Assembly (NCBI GenBank): GCA_030699125.1
Contig: JAUYKM010000016.1
Span: forward strand, 12,845 to 76,844
Reading direction: 5' to 3'
Length of the DNA stretch: 64,000 nt
From: Candidatus Daviesbacteria bacterium
GTDB taxonomy: Bacteria > Patescibacteriota > Microgenomatia > Daviesbacterales > UBA10151
Position numbers and translations under genes: made by a program. Positions 57,182-64,000 of the stretch are shown here, piece by piece. The notes below the pieces were generated by a model. That model was not told the origin of the DNA, ran no database searches, and saw nothing but the letters and a program-made list of their open reading frames with translations. How positions within the stretch are numbered: position 1 is the stretch's first letter; each line of letters opens with the position of its first letter.

Positions 57182-58552
57182 ATGACTAGTAACCAAAATC
57201 CTGAATCATTACAACTTACCCCTTTAACTTCTTTATCAGAATTTATGACTGCTAATCTGCAGATTGATGAAGAAAAAAGAGAAGGAATCAGCCCGGTTGG
57301 TATTATTCTTTATGCTGACAAAAGTAAAATGGTACTAATTGGTTCCCGCACTAATGAAAAGTTTAAGGGAGCTTTAGTTTGTAGCTATCAAGACACCCCT
57401 GAAGGATTTGATCCAAGTCTGGTAATTGATGGAAAAAACAGAATTATAGATTTGAGTGATTACCATGAATTAAAAGTAGCACAAGTCACTTTTGGTGGTG
57501 CTGATATAAATACCTATCGATCAATTCGTACCCTACCCTCAGTGATAGTCAGAATGCATACCCAAAATCCCATGACTAATCAGGAAGAAATTGTTAATGT
57601 AGATGAGGAAGAATTATTAAGAATTTTTACAGGTGAGGCAGGTGGAATTGCTGTTTTTTCCGGAGCCAGTTTAACAGAAGAAAATGCTTTGGTGGTTGAC
57701 AAAGATACACAGGATAAAAAATCGGGTTTAGTTTTTTTTATGCATCCTGATACTGACCCTACTACAGGATTTGATTCTGTGGCAGGATTATATTCTTTTC
57801 TTAGAAACTTAAACAAAGAATTTATTGATACCCCTCGATATCCTTTGCAAGCGCAATCTTTACATGCTTTTGATTTTGGTTTGAAAGATGGTTTGTATGA
57901 TTTTGGCGGCATAGAAGTCAGGGAAGAGCTTTTTAGGACCCAAGTTATTGCCAATACCAGGCTGGCTGCCAGATTGCACCAACCGCGATATCAGGAATTT
58001 TTAAATTCACATTTGCCGGATGTGAATACACCTGCTTGGGCCAGCTTTGTCAGAAGAATTTTAATGATAATTGGTATAAAAGATACGGATTTTAAACAAC
58101 TAGCTAACAGGTCAATTGATAGACTAATCTTAGGAGAGGACGTTCCAGATGAAACTTTACTTCTCCCTGAACCAAAGCAACAAAAAGATAATAATTTTTT
58201 CCTAAAACTTAGAACTACTAAAGCTAGGGATATCTGGCAACAAATAGGTGATAAATATACCAATTATTGGTATAGTCGGAGTTTTATTGCAAATTTAGTC
58301 GATTTGATTGCTGAAGCTGAATCCTTATATGAAATTGAGGATGGAATAATTTCTTTACAAAGATTAGGGGATTCAAGCTTTAAAAATATTAATTTTGGAT
58401 ATAAATTAGATATACACGCAAAGGAAAAAAGAATTAAATGGAGTGACGCTTATTCTAATGAACATAAAGGTGAAGAACTACTCCAATACCTAATGGCAGA
58501 GGCTTTGGAAAAGAAAAAACAAATTGAAGCGTCAATTCCAATGACATTCTGA
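57182..58552 (+). CDS. Hypothetical soluble protein (456 aa), no recognisable family
   Basis: Long intact ORF divergent from the regulator. No TM segment, no nucleotide-binding or catalytic motif recognised. Confidence 0.5.
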   Translation: MTSNQNPESLQLTPLTSLSEFMTANLQIDEEKREGISPVGIILYADKSKMVLIGSRTNEKFKGALVCSYQDTPEGFDPSLVIDGKNRIIDLSDYHELKVAQVTFGGADINTYRSIRTLPSVIVRMHTQNPMTNQEEIVNVDEEELLRIFTGEAGGIAVFSGASLTEENALVVDKDTQDKKSGLVFFMHPDTDPTTGFDSVAGLYSFLRNLNKEFIDTPRYPLQAQSLHAFDFGLKDGLYDFGGIEVREELFRTQVIANTRLAARLHQPRYQEFLNSHLPDVNTPAWASFVRRILMIIGIKDTDFKQLANRSIDRLILGEDVPDETLLLPEPKQQKDNNFFLKLRTTKARDIWQQIGDKYTNYWYSRSFIANLVDLIAEAESLYEIEDGIISLQRLGDSSFKNINFGYKLDIHAKEKRIKWSDAYSNEHKGEELLQYLMAEALEKKKQIEASIPMTF

Positions 58553-58595
58553 CCTATACAATATCTTTTCCCCAATGTTAAAATAAGAACAACTT

Positions 58596-60641
58596 ATGCT
58601 TGAGAGAATTATTCCTTACTGCTTTTATGTCCTATTTTTTCTGACCCCTCTTTTTTGGACTTCGAAAAATTATGAACTTTTTGAGTTTAATAAAATGCTT
58701 TTGGTTTATAGTTTTACGGTAATAATTGTGGGTGTATGGATTCTCAAAATGATCCAGCAAAAATCCTTTATTTTTAAAAGAACTCCCCTGGATCTTCCTC
58801 TGCTTTTATTTTTATTAGCGAACATTTTAGCAACTATTTTTTCCATTGATAAACATGTCTCAATTTGGGGCTATTATTCCAGATTAAACGGCGGACTCAT
58901 ATCCATCATTTCCTACCTATTATTATACTGGGCCTATTGTTCCAATTTTGATGGCAAAAATATCAAAAAATTATTTTATTTTGCTTTTGCCTCCGGTACC
59001 ATCATTTCCCTCTGGGGAATTTTGGAGCATTTTGGTGTCTCCCCTTCCTGTATTATTTTAAGAGGAGAACTCAATGCCTCCTGTTGGGTGCAAGATGTTC
59101 AAGCAAGAGTTTTTGCCACCTTAGGTCAACCCAATTGGATGGCTGGATATTTAGCCATGCTAATCTTCCCTGCTCTGTACTTTTTGCTCACTGCCAAAAC
59201 TAAGGTTCAACAAGTTAGCAGTTACTTGTTACTTGTTACTTTCTATCTGGCTTTCACCTTCACCTACTCCCGGGGTCCCACATTGGGTCTGATTGGAGGA
59301 TTTATTGTTTTTATTCTACTGTCATCCCCGCGTAGGCGGGGATCCAATTCCGAATCTAGCTACTTTAATTGGATTCCTGCATTCGCAGGAATGACAAAAG
59401 GGATAATAGTTATTTTGTTATCCTTTCTAGCCATAAATCTCCTTTTTGGTTCTGCCCTCACAAACTTCAAATTGGTCTCCCAGTTTGCAGCACCCACAAG
59501 ACCCACTATCTCTTTACCACCATCTTCCGTAACTCAGCTGGAACAAGGAGGCACAGAATCAGGACAAATTAGATTTATTGTCTGGCGGGGAGCTTTGGAT
59601 ATTTTCCGCCATTACCCCATCTTTGGCTCAGGATTAGAAACCTTTGCCTATGCTTACTACCAGTTTAGACCGGTTGAGCATAACCTAACTTCGGAGTGGG
59701 ATTTTCTTTATAACAAAGCTCATAATGAGTATTTAAATTACTTGGCTACTACTGGTTTAATAGGATTTTTGACTTACATGGGAGTAATCGGAACTTTTGT
59801 AATATGGTGTGTTAAGGGAATAATGAATAAAGAATTAAGAATTAAGCTTAATTCATCATTCTTAATTCTTACCGCTCTATTTGCCTCCTACATCTCCTAC
59901 CTAATTTACAACTTCTTCCTTTTTTCCGTTGTCATTATTGCTCTCTTTTTCTATATTTTTCCTGCCATTGCTTTTGTGGCAACTGATTCCACAAAACAAC
60001 TGAAGTTTCCAAAAAAACTTTTCACTTCTTTTATATACCGTCGTCCTGCCTATACAAAAGCAACTCAAGTTATTATTGTCGTTTCCATCTTCTATCTTCT
60101 ATTCTCCATCTTCCAACTTTGGTATACAGATACCTTATTTGCCCAAGGACAAAGAGCCTCTGATGCCGGCAATCCTGGTAGGGCATATAATCTTCTCACC
60201 ACTGCTCATGAGATAAGAGGTGATGAGCCTTTTTATCAATCTGAACTTAGCCTTGCTGCTGCTTCGGCTGCCGTGGCTTTAGCCGAAATAGGTGATGCTT
60301 CCTCCTCAGCCACATTAAAAAATGAAGCTATTTCTACTATTGAACATGTTCTAAAAAACAATCCTAATAATGTCTCATATATGCGAGCTGGTATTAGAAC
60401 CTATTTTGAGCTCTCAAGCATAGATGAAAGTTTTATTGATGATACACTTACGGTCATCGACCAGGCGATTCAGCTTGCTCCCACTGATCCAAAGCTTTAT
60501 TACAATAAGGCCTTGATCTTACAGCTGAATGGAAAGGATGCAGAGGCCATTGAGACTTTACAGAAAGCCATTGAGCTTAAACCAAATTATGTCCAGGCTA
60601 TTGATCAACTAAATGAAGCCACTGCCTCAGCCAGACCATGA
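58596..60641 (+). CDS. O-antigen-ligase-like (Wzy_C) polytopic membrane protein with C-terminal TPR repeats
   Basis: 681 aa, about 12 TM; YNKAHNEYLNYLATTGLIGF (O-antigen ligase motif); C-terminal TPR-like NPNNVSYMRAG...YYNKALILQLNGKDAEAIETLQKAIELKPNY. Two in-frame palindromic repeats at 59323-59397. Confidence 0.75.
   Translation: MLERIIPYCFYVLFFLTPLFWTSKNYELFEFNKMLLVYSFTVIIVGVWILKMIQQKSFIFKRTPLDLPLLLFLLANILATIFSIDKHVSIWGYYSRLNGGLISIISYLLLYWAYCSNFDGKNIKKLFYFAFASGTIISLWGILEHFGVSPSCIILRGELNASCWVQDVQARVFATLGQPNWMAGYLAMLIFPALYFLLTAKTKVQQVSSYLLLVTFYLAFTFTYSRGPTLGLIGGFIVFILLSSPRRRGSNSESSYFNWIPAFAGMTKGIIVILLSFLAINLLFGSALTNFKLVSQFAAPTRPTISLPPSSVTQLEQGGTESGQIRFIVWRGALDIFRHYPIFGSGLETFAYAYYQFRPVEHNLTSEWDFLYNKAHNEYLNYLATTGLIGFLTYMGVIGTFVIWCVKGIMNKELRIKLNSSFLILTALFASYISYLIYNFFLFSVVIIALFFYIFPAIAFVATDSTKQLKFPKKLFTSFIYRRPAYTKATQVIIVVSIFYLLFSIFQLWYTDTLFAQGQRASDAGNPGRAYNLLTTAHEIRGDEPFYQSELSLAAASAAVALAEIGDASSSATLKNEAISTIEHVLKNNPNNVSYMRAGIRTYFELSSIDESFIDDTLTVIDQAIQLAPTDPKLYYNKALILQLNGKDAEAIETLQKAIELKPNYVQAIDQLNEATASARP
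59323..59397. repeat. Two palindromic hairpin elements (GTCATCCCCGCGTAGGCGGGGATCC and GGATTCCTGCATTCGCAGGAATGAC) inserted in-frame in the O-antigen-ligase-like gene
   Basis: Perfect 8-9 bp arms. Encode SSPRRRGSNSESSYFNWIPAFAGMTKG within a loop region. Confidence 0.75.
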
Positions 60642-60904
60642 AGAAAATTGGCAAAATCATTGCCGAGACTCACTTTAAGGACCGTCCTAAAAATATTGCT
60701 TATGAGTTTCAAGAGTTTGGAGTCTTTTTAGCAGAAAGCTTGAATGATACCAAACGTTATAGTCTCTACATTAAAATGGCCAAGGAATTGCCCAGGCCAA
60801 TACTGGAAGAAGCCTTAAACTTCACCAAAGGTTATTATGGAGCCAAAAATAAAGCCAAAGTATTTATGTGGAAGCTTAAGGAATTAAGATTGCAAAAGTT
60901 GTAA
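60638..60904 (+). CDS. Hypothetical protein (88 aa)
   Basis: Intact ORF overlapping the upstream stop by 4 nt; no family recognised. Confidence 0.35.
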   Translation: MKKIGKIIAETHFKDRPKNIAYEFQEFGVFLAESLNDTKRYSLYIKMAKELPRPILEEALNFTKGYYGAKNKAKVFMWKLKELRLQKL

Positions 60905-60915
60905 AATATAGGGGG

Positions 60916-61254
60916 ATGGATAATACTGAAATCGAAGGAACAATATTTGCCGAGGCTTCTCATAAATTGGATTCATTCCTAGAAGAATTAAACTCGCCGG
61001 AAACACCAGATTATATTCGACCAAATTGGATCATGAAACGTCTTCCCTACATAAGTAGGTATGATCTTTATAAATGGGTAAAAAGCGGTTTTATCCCTGA
61101 CGAAATGATTCAGAAAAAGAACAAACGATCTTTTTTTGCCCATGATGGAGCGGAATTAGCTGGTTATATTGGTTTTTTTAGAGTAGAGGGTGCCCCATTA
61201 GAAAAGTCAGTATCAATGGCACAAAGACATTTAAAAGGTGAGCGACCTTTTTAA
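60916..61254 (+). CDS. Hypothetical protein (112 aa)
   Basis: Intact ORF; no family recognised. Confidence 0.35.
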   Translation: MDNTEIEGTIFAEASHKLDSFLEELNSPETPDYIRPNWIMKRLPYISRYDLYKWVKSGFIPDEMIQKKNKRSFFAHDGAELAGYIGFFRVEGAPLEKSVSMAQRHLKGERPF

Positions 61255-61289
61255 TTGCTCCAATTTAGCCTAAATGCTACAATTCCCCT

Positions 61290-61823
61290 ATGCAAATAGT
61301 TTATGCACCTGATCCCAGGCTGAGAATTCAAGCTAAAAAAGTTAAAAAAATTACCCCTGCCCTTTTGCAAACTTTAAAAGAGATGATTAAACTTACCAAA
61401 ACCTTTCATGATCCTGAAGGAGTGGGTTTAGCCTCCACTCAAATAGGAATGGATGCGGCCTTTTTTGTAGCCAAAAATGTGAATGCCAAAGGAAGATCTG
61501 GGGGATTTCTCTCTGTAATAAATCCCAAAATCCTAAAATGGGGAAAAAGAACCAAAAAATATTTTGAGGGTTGTTTGTCTACCCCCAATATTTGGGGTGA
61601 GGTCAAAAGATATACTAACATTAGGATTTTATACCAAGATATAAACGGCAAAACTATCAACAAATCCTTAAAAGGGGTTTCTGCCTGGATATTTCAACAC
61701 GAAGTTGATCATCTTAATGGTATTCTCTTCCAGGATCGGGTTTTGGAACAAAAGGGTAAGTTTTATAAATATACTGGTAAAGATAAAGCAGGAACGGATA
61801 TATTTGAGGAGGTGACCATTTAA
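61290..61823 (+). CDS. def: Peptide deformylase
   Basis: 177 aa; GVGLASTQIG, EGCLS, HEVDHLNG metal motifs. Confidence 0.9.
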   Translation: MQIVYAPDPRLRIQAKKVKKITPALLQTLKEMIKLTKTFHDPEGVGLASTQIGMDAAFFVAKNVNAKGRSGGFLSVINPKILKWGKRTKKYFEGCLSTPNIWGEVKRYTNIRILYQDINGKTINKSLKGVSAWIFQHEVDHLNGILFQDRVLEQKGKFYKYTGKDKAGTDIFEEVTI

Positions 61824-61835
61824 GGTCATGACATT

Positions 61836-62543
61836 ATGAAGAAATTAAAAGTTGCTTTCTTGGGCACACCATTATTCGTTCAGCCAATTAAAAAAGAATT
61901 GGCAAAATACTTTACCTCAGCAGAATCATTAAACGAAGCAGATCTGGCAGTAGTTGCAGCCTATGGCAAGATTTTAACCAAAGATGAGCTGGAAACCCCA
62001 AAATTTGGCTGTATTAATGTTCATCCATCGCTCTTACCCAAATATAGAGGCCCTTCACCTATCCAGCAAACCATTTTAAATGGAGATAAAGTAACCGGCA
62101 TTACCATTATCAAAATGGATGATAGAGTAGATCACGGACCCATTATTTATCAAGAGCAATTAGAGCTTGCTGACATTGATAATTTTGCTACTTTGAGTAA
62201 GAAAGTGTTTCAACGTTCAGCTGAGATTTTACCCAAAATTATTGAGGATTTTAGTACAGGAAGGATAAAAACCATACCACAAAATCACAATCAAGCTACA
62301 TATTGTGACAAACTAACCAGGGAAAGCGGCTATTTTGCTATTGATCATCCCCCGTCCACGGATAAATTGGAGAAAATGATCAGAGCCTACTATCCTTGGC
62401 CGGGAGTTTGGACTAAATGGAACGGGAAAATAGTCAAATTCCTCCCAGAAGATAGAATCCAAATGGAAGGCAAAAGGCCAATATCCAAAAAGGACTTCTT
62501 AAACGGCTATCCTAATTTCCCTATGAATAATACTCATAATTGA
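61836..62543 (+). CDS. fmt: Methionyl-tRNA formyltransferase (short form)
   Basis: 235 aa; INVHPSLLPKYRGPSPIQ formyltransferase motif. The C-terminal domain is shorter than in canonical ~310-aa Fmt. Confidence 0.8.
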   Translation: MKKLKVAFLGTPLFVQPIKKELAKYFTSAESLNEADLAVVAAYGKILTKDELETPKFGCINVHPSLLPKYRGPSPIQQTILNGDKVTGITIIKMDDRVDHGPIIYQEQLELADIDNFATLSKKVFQRSAEILPKIIEDFSTGRIKTIPQNHNQATYCDKLTRESGYFAIDHPPSTDKLEKMIRAYYPWPGVWTKWNGKIVKFLPEDRIQMEGKRPISKKDFLNGYPNFPMNNTHN

Positions 62544-62547
62544 ATTT

Positions 62548-62928
62548 TTGCAATTAAATTGTATAATCCTAACTTATATTATGTCTGGTCATCCTGAATC
62601 AACGCAATCAATGGATTTTAGAGATAAATTTAAACAGCTTCGTCAAAGAGTAGGAGTTGAACAAAAAACCATAGCCAAGGTAATCGACATACGCCGTGAA
62701 ACCTATAATAGGTGGGAGCGAGGAAAAGGAGATTCTTTAGTAAACGAGAAAATTATACTTTTGGCCGGTTTTATTCTCACTAAACTACAAACAGAGCCAG
62801 ACAGAGAAATACTTATTCAGGCAATTAAAGATGAAATACCCCGACCGCAAGTCCTTCAACTAAGAAAATCTTTACGAGGCAACTTATCCTTAATCAACCA
62901 ATTAAATAATAAATTATCTCATACTTAA
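62548..62928 (+). CDS. XRE-family HTH protein
   Basis: QKTIAKVIDIRRETYNRWERGK helix-turn-helix. The true start may be the internal Met at 62581. Confidence 0.5.
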   Translation: MQLNCIILTYIMSGHPESTQSMDFRDKFKQLRQRVGVEQKTIAKVIDIRRETYNRWERGKGDSLVNEKIILLAGFILTKLQTEPDREILIQAIKDEIPRPQVLQLRKSLRGNLSLINQLNNKLSHT

Positions 62929-62935
62929 ACCGATT

Positions 62936-63211
62936 CTACGATTTTCCATTATCTTCTGACATACCCAGCTGATCCAACCTGAAAATTTTTGACCTACCAT
63001 CTACATTTACTATACCTTGATAACCCATTGGCTGCCTTCTCTTTCTTGTTGAAGGACCAGACAAATAGTACGGTAGTAGTCTCGTAGTTTCCTCCTCAGA
63101 TAAAACTTGTAAGATAGGTTCTATGTCTCTAAAAATATGGCCGTCGGGAAGGATTTTTATAAATCCCGATTTATCTCCGTTGGTATTCCTAGTTTCTAAT
63201 CTATCAACCAT
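62936..63211 (-). CDS. Hypothetical protein (91 aa)
   Basis: Intact ORF convergent with the HTH gene; no family recognised. Confidence 0.3.
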   Translation of the reverse strand: MVDRLETRNTNGDKSGFIKILPDGHIFRDIEPILQVLSEEETTRLLPYYLSGPSTRKRRQPMGYQGIVNVDGRSKIFRLDQLGMSEDNGKS

Positions 63212-63326
63212 TTCGTTGTTATTCTATACCAGATAGAGGCTTAATTTCAATCTTAAACTTCCTAACCGGCTACCCCAATTTTCCTTTGATTTCTCTTTCC
63301 TAATAAAATTTATTATAATTTAAATC

Positions 63327-64000
63327 ATGCAAGCTGAACAAAAACCAAATTTTTTAGAAAGAGTAGCGGTTAAAGGGCTATTATTTTTAGAAGACCATCT
63401 TGAGAAGAAACCTTCTCCCCCAGTTGACTGGGCAGAAAGAAGACAACTTTTACAGGAAGTGGGTGGAAGTTTCTTGCTAGTCGGAACAGCAGCCATTGCT
63501 GGAACAGCTTTAAGATTTATATGGGAGCATTATCAGAATGAACAAATTGCCCGAAAAAGAGATGCTTACTTACAAGCATTAAAAGAAAGGGAAGATTATT
63601 ATGGAATCAGTTGGCAAAGTTCTCCTGATGTACAACTGGCTATAAAAAAGGCGAACGAGGATCCCAACCTAAAAGTATTAGGATTAAATAAACTTGGTAT
63701 TCGTATTTATTCACAAGGTAATACCTTCTTCTATCAATCATCTAATATGGCTGTGTTGGCAGTTGATAAAAAAGCTTTAGATAGTTTTTTACGAGAGAAT
63801 GAAAAAACAAAAGAAACACTTGCTTTTATCATAAGTGATCAGCAGACTCCAGCACCAAATATCTCAGGTATTAATAACTTTAGATTGGAACTCAAAATCG
63901 AAAAGCAACCACCTACTATAACTCTGAATACTTCCCCTAAGCAAATTGTAGGAATAAATCTTTCTTCCAATGTTGCTGCCATTTATGAATCTTATCAAAA
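63327..64000 (+). CDS. Hypothetical protein, 3'-truncated by window edge
   Basis: ATG at 63327. I translated it through to position 64000 without a stop (MQAEQKPNFLERVAVKGLLFLEDHLEKK...). One predicted TM segment (SFLLVGTAAIAGTAL). Confidence 0.45.
   Translation, partial: MQAEQKPNFLERVAVKGLLFLEDHLEKKPSPPVDWAERRQLLQEVGGSFLLVGTAAIAGTALRFIWEHYQNEQIARKRDAYLQALKEREDYYGISWQSSPDVQLAIKKANEDPNLKVLGLNKLGIRIYSQGNTFFYQSSNMAVLAVDKKALDSFLRENEKTKETLAFIISDQQTPAPNISGINNFRLELKIEKQPPTITLNTSPKQIVGINLSSNVAAIYESYQ

Overview
Dense, AT-rich bacterial window of about 75 genes, mostly on the minus strand with short or overlapping gene junctions. The gene content suggests a small-genome uncultivated lineage such as CPR/Patescibacteria: short EF-Ts, KE-tailed S2, O-antigen-ligase-TPR protein, membrane-anchored Clp. 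That assignment is inference only.

Core content:
- Purine de novo cluster: purF, a purN-purD fusion, a purS-like-purL fusion, purQ, guaA, purA, two tandem archaeal-type purP, and purH.
- Thymidylate/CTP cluster: two tandem dcd-family genes, thyA, folA, tmk, pyrG.
- pyrF-pyrE-pyrC/pyrD block wedged between mreB and mreC-mreD-mrdA.
- Housekeeping: dnaX, ybaB, recR, folD, glyA, ybeY, rpsU, tig, proS, rseP, frr, tsf, rpsB, cysS, rarA, cmk, topA, dprA, def, fmt.

Accessory signals I consider most interesting:
1. Two small DUF4258-based toxin-antitoxin-like cassettes sit immediately after the stop codons of guaA and topA. One pairs DUF4258 with a YgiT-type zinc ribbon, the other with DUF2283. Each is bounded distally by a degenerate duplicate of the host gene's own 3' end. 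This looks like gene-3'-end capture or integration footprints.
2. A family of short GC-rich palindromic hairpin repeats (GTCATyCCyGC-N4-GCrGGrATGAC and a related GTCATTCTGAGnGAAGnCGAAGAATCTC long-arm type) occurs intergenically. It is also inserted in-frame in guaA, topA (twice), pyrD, a dcd paralog, the folD 3' end and an O-antigen-ligase-like gene, much like Rickettsia palindromic elements.
3. A wHTH regulator has a Cas2/PaaX-like C-terminus and a perfect 32-bp palindrome abutting its start codon. It is divergent from an apparently leaderless 456-aa gene of unknown function.
4. A ClpB/ClpC-like double AAA+ ATPase has its N-domain replaced by a four-helix membrane anchor.

No rRNA, tRNA or CRISPR array was recognised.
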